From Callorhinchus milii (Eukaryota), in contig NW_024704742.1 of assembly GCF_018977255.1 (NCBI RefSeq), forward strand, positions 66,466,001-66,530,000: DNA of 64,000 nucleotides, in the 5' to 3' direction. The translations under genes were made by a program, and so were the position numbers. Below, in pieces: positions 49,879 to 60,929 of this stretch (its first letter is position 1; each line of letters starts with the position of its first letter). The notes below the pieces were generated by a model. The model had not been told where the DNA came from, searched no databases, and was given only the letters and a program-made list of their open reading frames with translations.

Positions 49879-50648
49879 TTAGGAGAATATTATTTTAACA
49901 CATGGAAAGGATGGTCCCAGGTGGAACCTTGAAACGCAGTTCTGAGGTAGATTTGAATGATACAGAAACTTGAGCTACGAGACAGAAACTTCTGTGCTGT
50001 AAAATCTATGGTTCTATGGGAGGGCAGGGAAAGCGCTCGATCAGTTCCTCTTCTCCTGCTGTAAACAACCAACAGAGGTTGTGGGTTTAAGCCCCACGTT
50101 GGGACTTTGATCTTATAGTCCAGAACTGTCTTCTCCATCGCTGGTGGGATCCCTGCAATGTCATAAATGCCACCCTTTGGATGAGATGGTAATCCTGAGG
50201 CCCTGTCTGCCTTTTCGGGTGACCGTCAGCCACTGTCAGTCAGCTCACCTGAAAATCTATCTGCTACACTTTCATATGCGAGGATTATTATTATTATTAA
50301 TAATGTTAATGTCCTGTTACCACAATCTGTGCGTGATTGGGGTCCATGTGCTGTGTTGGAATGAGGAGAGAGGGAACTGGCATAATGTACTGAAGAGAGG
50401 GGAATAGGAGGGAGGAATGAGCCATGTCAGTAATGAATAAGTGCTGAGAGGTCTGAGGCTAGTGCAGTGTTACACAGGTAGGTGCGGGTGGGGCTGTATG
50501 AAAGGAAACGTTCCTCGAAAGCCTAAATAAAGCAACCTTGTCGCCCACCCCCTCTCCCCACTCACTCCTCACTCTTCTCACCCCCCAGTGCGGCTATGTG
50601 CTACACTGAGCCAGGCTGGCTAGACACTGCCTCCTCCCGGGGAACACA

Positions 50649-51356
50649 GGAGTCCCGCAGTGCAGTGGTTAGCATATTTGCCTGGCAGGCAAGAAAACCC
50701 AAGTTTGATTCCCAGGCAGTGCAAAACCTTAGGCAAGTTTCCTTGCTCCACACGCCTTTGTTTACCTAGCAGTAAGCAGGAACACAGTTGATTAGCAGAT
50801 TACTTTTCCGGGGGTAATAATCCCTCCCACCCAAAAAAAATTGGTCACTAAATACCCACGACTGTTTTTGGGACGATACTGTGCACAATTGACTACCATG
50901 TTTGTCCACAAAATACACAGAATTAGAATTCATTCTTGAACCAAGTCAAGTTAATTTTCAGCTCAAAGGAATCCAAGACATGTTTAAGAGTTTGAATTTG
51001 ATCCCTTCTTCTTGCCGAAGGTGCGGGTAACATTTACAAAGCAGGGATTGTACTGCATGCGTCACTTTGCACTGCCAGTACTCTTTATCTTCTTTTCTTC
51101 TTTTGCCACCTTTGGAATCTGACCCTTTACTTTTTCAGCTCGAGCAAGAGATCCGTGTACCTTCCCACCAAGCATCCGACTACTTTGAGAGTGCAGTGCT
51201 CACTGAGACCGCACTGGCCAATAACAGCATCATCTTCCAGGTGAGTGCCAGCCAACAGGAGGACCTGGTCACTTTGCAATATATTCTGTGAAGCGCTTTG
51301 AGATGTCTTAACAACGTGATAAGGCGCTATAATCATATGCTAGGATTATTATTATT
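50649..51356 (+). mobile_element. SINE family B, long form, apparently split by ~350 bp of unrelated sequence (~50920-51268)
   Basis: Head and body at 50649-50920 end cacaaaatacacag; the tail resumes cactttgcaatatattctgtgaagcgc at ~51270. Confidence 0.65.
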
Positions 51357-51897
51357 GTTTTCTCATTATTGAGTCATTCCTGCCTGACTCAGTTCCTAGC
51401 TAAGACTCTGCACAACCATCACCCCAGTCCTTGTCTCCAGCAGAATGTACCCCACGTCAGCCCAATGCGGGGGACGGCTTGGCATCACTGTAGCAATTCA
51501 TGTGATCACATTTAAATAAAGGATCCTAGCAGTTGTATTCGTCCCCTCCCCCCCCCACCCTTGTTTAGTTGTAAAACGAAGCAGAATAAATCATTCACAC
51601 CCGCACCGTCTCTTAATCATGTAACCCCCTGACCTTTTAAATAACACCCATCAATACGAATGCCACAGCAAACAATGGACCCTGGTCTGAGCGCACAATG
51701 ATGCCGGCATTCCCCTGTGTTCTCAGGCAGGCCAGAAGCAACAATAATGTTTTTCGCTTAATTGATTGTATCAAAGTGCAGGAATGTGCCAACCAGCTCA
51801 GCCCTCCCAGGGGCAGCTCACAGCAGGAACCTCTCCTGGTCCAGATCCATAACCCTTCTCTCTCTGCTTTCAAATGCCACTTGGAGAAGAGATTCTG

Positions 51898-52155
51898 AAA
51901 GTCCTTGGAGTAGATTATTGGTTAGAGCATTCGCTTCGCAAGCGAAAGTACCCGAGTTTGATTCCCAGATGGGGTGAAACCATAGGCAAGTTTCCTTACT
52001 CCACATGCATCTGTTTATCTAGTAAGTAGGAACCCGGTTTCTAGTCAATTGGCGGATTGCTTTCCGGGGGTAATAATCCCTTCGAATAAGTAAATAAATG
52101 ATAAATTGTTCACTCAATCTATGACTGTTTGTGGGACACTGCTGTGTGCAAAATA
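51898..52155 (+). mobile_element. SINE family B, long form, 3'-truncated at an L2 fragment
   Basis: ttggttagagcattcgcttcgcaagcga head through gactgtttgtgggacactgctgtgtgcaaa. Confidence 0.8.
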
Positions 52156-52159
52156 TGTT

Positions 52160-52425
52160 CCTGCTATCTCTGCTCGGCTGGTTCCAGCCTCCTGCTTGTC
52201 CCTTGTACTCCGCTCCACCATCGGTGGAGACACTATGCCCCAAAGCTTTAGAACTCTCTCCCTGAATTCCTCTGTCTTGCCACCTCCTTCCCCTCTTTTA
52301 GATCATGGCTCTTCGATCCTGCCTCCAGTCACCTCCTCACTCCCCCGGTTTGGTGCCACTGTTAAGTGCTCTGAGATGCTACTCCACTTGAAGGGCGCTA
52401 TATAAATGCAAGTTGTTATTGTTGT
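52160..52425 (+). mobile_element. Short L2-clade 3' end
   Basis: ctccaccatcggtgg...aagtgctctgagatgctac...gcgctatataaatgcaagttgttattgttg. Confidence 0.7.
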
Positions 52426-54134
52426 TTGTCCAACTAGTACCATCGTACCCATTAAGGGCTTTGGCCGCAGGGTTAACAGCAGTTGAGTGTGAAGAATCCC
52501 TGTTGAAGAATGTCTTGTGTTGAGCTAGGCTGGCTGGTCTGTCATCAGCAGTGTCCTGGAGTACTGCAGCCTGCCTGGCACAGGAACCATTACAAGAAGG
52601 AATCTCTCATTGGCGTGACTTAGATTCCACATTAAGGAATCCTGTCTATCACCAACACTAATAACCTGGCTGCTCTGTAGGTGGCAACATCAATATATAA
52701 TGTATTTCAGACTCTGACATGATGGATGGGAGGCATGGATGAGAGAGATGTAACCAGGTTATTTGACCTAGAATGTGACAGGAGAATTCAAATTAAAATC
52801 GCTTCAAGCGGGAAGAGAGATTATTAGAAAAATAATGATAATCATTGCATTTGATTCAGTGCCTTATCATGTCGTCAAAACATCTCAAAGCGCTTCACAG
52901 GATTTTTCTGTAGAAAGTAGTAACTGTTGTGTTTTATGGGCGAATGAACACAGCAGCCACTTTGTGCAGAACAATGTCCCACAAACAGCCATGAAGTGAA
53001 TGACCAGGAATTGTTGCCCAGGACACTGGGAGATAGTCAACAGCAACTGGCATTTATATAGTGCCATTCAGATGGGGTTGGGTCCCAGAGTGCTATAGTC
53101 TCCTCCACGGTCAACACACCCACAGGCCAGTCGGTAACTTCCATCAACTGGCCATCCTCAACCATATCAGTCAATCAGCACCATTGGTGTTAATTAACAC
53201 AGCACACTTTGCAATTTGCTCCCTGCTATTTCTTTAACAGAAATAAATCATTAATAATAACAATCCTTTCACTTGATATAGCAACATATCACGCCGTTGA
53301 GCGTCTCAAAGTGCTTCACTAAGAATACATTGTAAAGTGAATTAACTATATATTCTGTGGGCGAAACCCAGCAGCCGATTGCACAAAGCAGTATCCCATA
53401 AATAGTCATGGATTGATGTGACCAAATAATTAATCTTTGAAAGTCAATTAGCTCCATTGGTGTTAATTACCACAGCAAACTTTCAATTTGCTCCCTGCTA
53501 TTTCTTTACGAGAAATAAATTGTTAATAAGAAGATGAATGGATCTTTTCCTGGTCACCGGAGGTGTGTCACACTGACGAATCCTATTCTGAGAATGACAT
53601 CCAGAGCACAGCTCCAAGGAGAATTCTAACAGGATTCCTCAGGAGGGAAACCCATTTAAAAATGATTGTTAGAAGTACTCGCTCATGATTAGCCATCTTC
53701 CTGCGTTCTACTGGTCTTGATTCAGATGGAATTGAACCTGGTGCCCAGTGGCCATTTGATGACCCAGAAGTGAAATCAGCGGCAACCTGGTAACCCTGAA
53801 GCGCTGGCTAGCAGCCATTTTGTTTTAGAATGCGCCCTGTTACAACGTGAAGGTCTGATATTTATGGACGTAAAACACCGCCTTATAACGGCCTTGTCCG
53901 TACTTTGTAAACAAGCCTTTGCTTTTTTCTGAGTTGCAAGCCATAAATTCCTGGGAACTTTTTTAAAAAAAATCTCCAATACACGTTCATCTGGGAAGGT
54001 GTAGTGTGAGGCCTTGTTCCTTACTCTGTCTGAGGCAGCTCGTGGCTGGACAGAGCTACGCGTTAGTTCCTCAATGCTACCTTCGCATTGACATTTGAAG
54101 TTATGCGGCTCATGTGGCTTTCATTAAAAGTTGT

Positions 54135-54510
54135 GGTGTCCTGTCCAGTATTGGTTGGTGCTCTCGCCTCACAAACGAAAGAAACCAGGTTTGATTCCCA
54201 GGCAGGGCGAAACCTTTTGCAAGTTTCCTTACGCCACACACCTCTGTTAACATAGCAATAAGTAGGAACCCGGTTGTTAGTCAATTGGCGGATCGCTTTT
54301 CTGGGGGTAATAAGCCCTTCAAATTTTTTTAAAAAAGAGTAATGATTTGGTTACTCAATCCATGACACTACTGTTCGCAATTGGCTGCTGCACTTTGCCC
54401 AGAAAAGATGCAGTCAATTACTTTACAGTATATTCTGTGAAGCACTTTGAGACGTCTCAATGACATGATAAGGTGCTATATCAACTGCAAGGATTATTAT
54501 TATCATTATT
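54135..54510 (+). mobile_element. SINE family B, long form, full length
   Basis: ggtgtcctgtccagtattggttggtgctctcgcc head to gcaaggattattattatc. Confidence 0.85.
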
Positions 54511-54942
54511 ACGACCCAGGATCACAGTTAAAGTGGGGAAAGCATTGAGAAAGTTTGCGCTTTGCTGACCAAGCATCCTTGGCAGTCAAACCCCAACTTT
54601 ACGCACAACGTGCAAAAGGCCTGAACATCTTTTAATTTGATTTGAATTATTGTTTTTTTTACACCCACACCTTGAACACAGACATGAAGATTTAACAATG
54701 TTGTTGCTCTGTAAAGTGGTGTGTTTAGTGATTGAAGGGTTGCCACCTGCTGGCAGTGAATTGATGTTGCACTAGGAATGATGTTTTTCCTCATATAAAC
54801 AAGGGCAAATCCTGGAATGGCTGGAAGCATTACAGAAAACCCACTGTACGAGCCAGTTTGCAGTCGAGTGAGGTGCCTTACAACAAGGATATCTTGCAAC
54901 ACGCCATCTTGTAGAAAGATCACCCTACACCTAGGTCTCCTT

Positions 54943-55229
54943 ATAACAGCGTCGCCCTATATATAACAAGGTTGCACTGTAATGAGGTTGCACTGTAACA
55001 GAATCGCACTATAACAGAGTCATCCTAAACAGATTCACACTATAACAAGGTTGCTCTGTAACAAGGTCACACTATAAAAGAGTTGTCCAATAACATGGTC
55101 GCCCTATAACAAGGTTGAATGATAACAGTCACACTGTGGTAGGGTTGCCTTATAAAGGTCACACTATGACAAGGCCACACTATAACAGGATGACTCTATA
55201 ACAGGATCACCTTATAGCAGGCTCACACT
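54943..55229. repeat. Degenerate minisatellite, ~16-bp unit (consensus near ATAACAAGGTCGCACT), roughly 17-18 units
   Basis: Recurrent tataacaaggttgcactg / ataacaaggtcacact units read directly. Confidence 0.85.
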
Positions 55230-55284
55230 GGAGATGGTTTTTATATTTGCGAACCGAGGATGCAATTTGCACCTTGAATCTCAT

Positions 55285-55590
55285 TTATAAATATCCCAAA
55301 TTGGGTCCTTTGAATGAGACATCAATTTGAAGTCCTATCTACCTGTTTCAGGGGGACATTAAAGATGTTAATGATCCCATGGCACTATTTGAGAAGAGGA
55401 GGTTTCTCCTGATGACCTGGCCAATCAACCCCACAAATAAAAATTGGTCATTCACTTCATGGCTGTTCGTGAAACATTGCTGTGTGCAAATTGTTTATCT
55501 ACAAATGCACACTGTACAGTAAAATCTTATGAAGTGCCCTGAGACATCCACCTGACGTGAAAGGCAATGTCTACAATGTAAATTGTATTG
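55285..55590 (+). mobile_element. SINE family A, 5'-truncated
   Basis: gaatgagacatc...gatcccatggcactatttgagaagagg...gacgtgaaaggc. Confidence 0.75.
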
Positions 55591-57039
55591 AATTGTACTG
55601 TACATTACATGTCAATACCAAAAACCCTCAGCGTTGGAATTAACATCTCCTCCAGAGCTCATCATCAAGTGCTAAATTACAGCAATGACAGACCAGCTCC
55701 TGATTAATTTTTATTGCTGTATTTATTACTCATCCCACAATGTGGGCGATGCTGGCAGAGCTGGTAATTATTATCCAATACAAGCTGCCCTGAGAAGATG
55801 TTGGTGTGTTTGCCTTAACTGAGTGACTTGATCGACCATTTCAGAAGTTATTAAGGGTCAATCTTTTTTTCTGGTCAGACATATGTCTGAACCTTGCCGA
55901 AATAAACCCACAAAAAATTATATAATTCGGTCACTCAATCCACGACTGTTGTGAGACACTGCTGAGAGCAATAGTCTGCAGTGTTTCGCCCACAAAAAAA
56001 ACATACAGTCAATTCACTTTTACAGTATATTCTATGAACCTCTTTGAGCTGTCTCAACAACATGATAAGGTGCTATATCAAATGCAAGGATTATAGGATT
56101 ATTATAAAACCATTGTTGTGCTTAAAAAGTATCAAAACCACACATTGAGAGTTCCACATATGTATTCCACCTACACATGGAAACTTCCTTGGGTCTGGAA
56201 TGGAATGGGCACTCTCTCCCTGGAGGGATGCACCCCACCTCCCTAATTCTGTAGGGTATAAGGACAGTTTGTTGAGAGCCATGTCTTGGGGATCCCAGAG
56301 TGTGCATTGGCTGTTTACATTGAATTTAACCAGTGAAACAACAACAACTTACATAAAGCACCTCTCTCACAGGGTCGCCTCAAGTTAATTGACTGTATAT
56401 TTTGTGGATGAAATGTGGCAGGGATTGATTTTTGAGGAATTATTACCCATGGAAAGCACCTTATCAGGGTCCTATTTAGTGCTAGGTAAACGGGGACATG
56501 TAGAGTAAGGAAACTTGCCTGAGGTTTCGCCCAGCCCAGGAATCAAACCTGGGTCCTCTCGCTTATTAGAAAGGGAACTGGTTCATTCTTCTGTGGGACT
56601 GTTCTTGAAGTGGGAGAGCATTTTAGGAGCAGTGAGGTCATTCACGTGGAGAGCAAGCAAGCAAGAAAGGTCACCCCAATCTCCCAAGAGCTAAGCTATA
56701 AGTTTCATCAGGCTAGAGACTGGAAATATTCCTGGAAATTCCTCGGGCAGGTTGTTACATGTGAAGGAATTTCCTTCCATTGTTGAGGATCACACCTCTG
56801 TTTATATAGACCCTGGGAATGTTCATTAATTTCCATGTCCGCACCTTTTGAGCCATTTGGGTCGAGCCCTTGGCTTACTTGGAAAGCGAATCAGTCAATG
56901 AGGTAATCTAGGCAAAATGTGGGCGTTGGTTGCAATGAAGAAAGTTGTTTGCAAAGAATTGTACCTTTGACATATTTATATCTTCATATCTTTGATGTAA
57001 ATCGCACTTGACGGTCTGCCTCCTTTGCTCAGCGGACAC

Positions 57040-57332
57040 AGCTACACTGTGTATGTGTAGCAATGTTCCACAAGCAGACAGGAAGTGAGTGGCCAATTTT
57101 AGCTGGGAGAGTGTTGGCCAGGACACTGGAAGCAACTCATTTTTTGAGTAGTGTCTTGGGATCTTTAACATCCACATAATCAGGCAGACGGGACCTTGGT
57201 TTAACGCCCCTTCCGAAGATTGGCTCCTCCAACACTGTGGAGCTCCCCCAGCAATTACCCTCTGATTGTGAGCTTAAATTCCCAAACCTTTGGACTCAGG
57301 TGAGAGTGTTAACCAATTTGTCCAGGCTGACA
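57040..57332 (-). mobile_element. SINE family A
   Basis: gttggccaggacactgg...gggatctttaacatccac...ggcagacgggacc...caggctgaca. Confidence 0.75.
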
Positions 57333-58444
57333 TACAATACAATTAGATGTCATGATGGGAGATGAAATGGCCCAGTCCAATGCTACAATAGGAATGCGAC
57401 AGTAATAGTAATAAAAATAATAATGAAAATTTGTGAGGTTCAGCCTTTATCTGGAAACCATGACTTCAGCAAGAGCAACAGAGCAGCTGCTTCCAGATTA
57501 AGACCAAATTCAAGAATTATTCCGAACTCCTAAAGTGCAGGTGAATGGTTTCAAGCCTAGGAATGTGAGAAATTTTGCGGCTCTGATTTCAGCGTTGTGA
57601 TGTCCTTCCAACGTGAAAGACGCTTTACAAATGTAATCTTATTGTTGTTGTTGTTGTAGGAGACAAACTCACACTGAATGCTTGCCGGGGCTGTTAGAGA
57701 ACAGTTTATTGTGCAGCGAGCCAGAGGCGGGGGGTGTGAAGAGTGAGCTTACTTCCAGCCTATTGAGTTCATTAGTATAATTCTTATAATTGTCCCCTCA
57801 GTCTTTGTTTAAATTTACTTCACATGATAAACCATTGTGTGGGAATGAGGGTTTTCTCACTGTGCAAGACATGGATTCTGCATGTGTGTCGTTTAGCCCC
57901 AAATATTCCGATCTCTTTTGGGGGAGACAGTTTCCAATTTCCACTCTCTGTCCCCAAATAAAATCGGCTACTCACTCAATGCCTGCTCATAGGGTATTGA
58001 TGTGCATAAATTGGCTGAGAGTTTGCCTACAAAATACACAGTTTACTATACATCCTGTGAAGGATTGTCATTATATTTTATGATTCAGACTGAACTAAGG
58101 ATTAATTGAGAGAGCGCTGCACGTCCCTCATAAAATCATGGGTAACTTCTACCAATGCCACAATGTGAAGTTAACCACACACAAGGCAATTGCTCACAGC
58201 CCTGAGGTTGTGTGGACAAGGTTGGTGACTCAGAAAAAAGAGACAGGTTTCACACGGATAATTACAGTGAGCTTTGCAGAGACACAGGTGCAGGTTGAAC
58301 AGGGGAAGCCCTGTAGGATTAGATGGGATTCCGATTGGTTATTTAAGGAACATTTGCATGGCAATATTCAAAGCAGAAAGGCTGCATTAATAAAAAAAAG
58401 GGCCAATTTTTTTGTTTGAGGTTGTGTGCACCTTGAAGAAACCT

Positions 58445-59179
58445 TCCCTTGACCCATCACAGCTATCCAGCTACTGACCCATCTCCAACCTCCCTTTCTT
58501 ACCCAAGGTCCTTGAGAGAGCCGTTGCCTCCCAGCTTCACTCTTTCCTTTTCTCCCACTCCCTCCATGAACCCCTCCAATCGGGTTTCTGTGCTGCCCAC
58601 AGCACGGATACCGCTCTGGTCAAAGTCACAAATGACATCCTGACTCAGATCATCCAAAACTCTGCAGCTCATGTACTCTCACACACCAGGCTCCGTGACC
58701 CCATCACTCTCACTCTCACCCGACTCCACTGGCTCCCCATCCCCCAGAGGATTGAGTTCAAGATCCTCATCCTAAAGGCCATCCATGGCCTTGACCCTCC
58801 TACCTCTCTGACCTGCTGACTGCCTACCAACCTGCCCACTCCCTCCATTCAGTGGGCTCCGGTCTGCTCCATGTCTCCTGCCCGACCCGCCCTACCATCC
58901 GTGGCCGGACTTTCAGCCTCTCTGCCCCCACACTCTGGAACTCCATCCCACAGTCCCTTTGCCTCGCTTCCTCCCTTGCCTCCTTCAAGGCTGGTCTCAA
59001 GACTCTTCTCTTGATCATGCCTTTGGTCGCCCTCCCACCTCACTGCCTTCCCTCACCCCTACACCACTCCTCCCCCATGTTCAGCCCCTGACACCTGTCT
59101 GTTCAGCGCTTTGGGATGTCCTCCCGATGTGAAAGGTGCTCTATAAATGTAATTTTGTTGTTGTTGTTGTTGTTGTTGT
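58445..59179 (+). mobile_element. L2-clade LINE fragment with internal deletion and (GTT)n tail
   Basis: Early RT segment (PISNLPFL.KVLE, QSGF, HST.TALVKVTNDIL) abuts the C-terminal segment (IIQNSAA, LHWLPI.QRIEFKIL, LWNS); the tail ends ttgttgttgttg. Confidence 0.85.
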
Positions 59180-59212
59180 ATGTTAACGTCTTCCTTTAGA
59201 CCATGCAAGGAC

Positions 59213-59641
59213 AGTCAGGCCTAGTTCTCTTGGTAGCACTCCACTCTTGCTTCTGAGTCAGAAGGCTGTGGGCTCAAACGTCATGTTGGGACTTTGAACT
59301 CAGAGTCTAGGCTGATACTTCAATGCAATAGTGGGAGGAATGGGTGCTACATTGTTTGAGATCCCATGCTTTGGATGAGACATTAAACTGAGGGACCAAC
59401 AGAAGTTAATGTTAAAGATCCCATGGCACTAATTTAAAGAGAAGGGAGTTTTTCCCAATGTCCTGGCCAACAATCCCTTCAAATAAATTTGATCATTCAT
59501 TTCATGCCTGTTTTGTGGGACATTGTTGTGTGCAAATTGGATGACATGTTTGCCTACAGACACACAATCACTCCACTTGATAGTGAAATCCTGTGAAGCA
59601 CTTTGAGGCATGTCAATGGTGTGATAAGACGCTATATCAAA
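59213..59641 (+). mobile_element. SINE family A, near full length
   Basis: gtcaggc...ggtagcact...ctgagtcagaagg head, ggatgagacattaaactgagg, gatcccatggcacta, tail to gctatatcaaa. Confidence 0.85.
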
Positions 59642-59908
59642 TCTCTGGGGTCCCTTAGCCTTGGCTCTTACCATCCTACGTCTCTCCGGGTTGAGGTAAA
59701 CAGGATGCATTCCTCCAGGGCAAGAGTACACATTCTATTCAAACACAGTGACATTTCCATGGTCGATGACATACATATGTAAATCTCTCAGTCTGGTTTG
59801 GATACTGTTTAGCCTGATGATGGGCTTCTGTATGTGTCAAACACACGGTAGGAATATTAAATCGTCATCACATCACAGACAATGAGTGTGAAGCGCTGTT
59901 GGTATGAG

Positions 59909-60268
59909 GTAACCAGTTACTGTTAATATAAAGTAACTGGTTATCATGGCGTGACATAACTGGGTACTGTTATATATTCAAGACTGAGATTGATAGGTTT
60001 CCAAAGGATCGAGGGATTAAGGGATTTGGGGATAAGGCGGGCAGATGGAGTTAGGTTAGAAGATCAGCCATGATCTTATTGAATGGCGGGGTAGGCTTGA
60101 GGGGCCGAATGGCCTACTCCTGCTCCTAATTCCTATGTTAGTGTAAAGCAACTGGCTACCATTAGCATAATGTAACTGGTTACTGTTAGTGTGTAAAGCA
60201 ATCATTAATCACTAGCATGTCATAACCGGTCACTGTTAATGTAAAGTAACCGGTTACCATTGGCGTAA
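59909..60268. repeat. Degenerate minisatellite built on palindromic core GTAACCGGTTAC, split by a CR1 fragment
   Basis: Variants gtaaccagttac, gtaactggttat, ataactgggtac, gcaactggctac, gtaactggttac, ataaccggtcac and gtaaccggttac at ~23-25 bp spacing. Confidence 0.8.
59972..60140 (+). mobile_element. Well-preserved CR1 3' terminal fragment inserted in a minisatellite
   Basis: ttcaagactgagattgataggttt...gatcagccatgatcttattgaatggcggggtaggcttgaggggccgaatggcctactcctgctcctaattcctatg, typical of chondrichthyan CR1 3' UTRs as I recall them. Confidence 0.8.
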
Positions 60269-60461
60269 TTACTTTAGGGTCTCTCAAGTAATTGCTGATT
60301 ATGGAACAAAACATAGTGCAAAAGAATTTCATAGCAGATACCCGATTGGGCTTCATGATTTATAGTGATAGTATCAAATATATATTGTATTTGCGTGCAG
60401 CTCTGTGGGCATGAGTCACTCCTACTCATTTTATCCTATGTCTTTCTATGCTACCTGTCAA

Positions 60462-60851
60462 TAATAACAATAATAATAATATCCTTGAATTTTGATATAA
60501 CGCCTTATCACGTTGTCAAGACGTCTCAAAGTGCTTCACAGGATTTTACTGTAAAGTGTAGATACTGTGTATTTGTAAGCAAACATGACAACAATGACCC
60601 ACAAACATTCAGGAAGTGAATGACCAATTTTATCTGAGATATTATTGGCCACGACAATGGGAGAATTTCCCTGTTGTCCTCCTGAACAGGCAGATGGGAT
60701 CTTTAACATTTCAGCCTAAGGACGGCACCTCACCCAGCGCTGTGTTTGAGTATCAGCCTAGACTACGTGTGTTCAAAGTCGCAAAGTGGGGCTTGAACCC
60801 CAAAACGATTGACTCAGAGACCAGACTGTTGCAAACTGAGCCAGGCTGACA
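60462..60851 (-). mobile_element. SINE family A, full span with internal deletions
   Basis: (aat)n tail to ctgagccaggctgaca head. Confidence 0.8.
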
Positions 60852-60929
60852 ACTATGATAAAGGACACAACCTCAGGTTCTCTATCCACTTTTTGAAAAT
60901 GCATCAATCCCACTTGGGTAATAAATGTA

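Noticed and set aside
54943..55229. CRISPR-like array (also considered for 59909-60268)
   Set aside because: Units are degenerate and contiguous without unique spacers, there are no cas genes, and the context is vertebrate.
59810..59830. CTGATGA as a hammerhead ribozyme core in the unassigned repeat
   Set aside because: Other copies read catggtga at this position, and I could not find a correctly placed GAAA with supporting stems.
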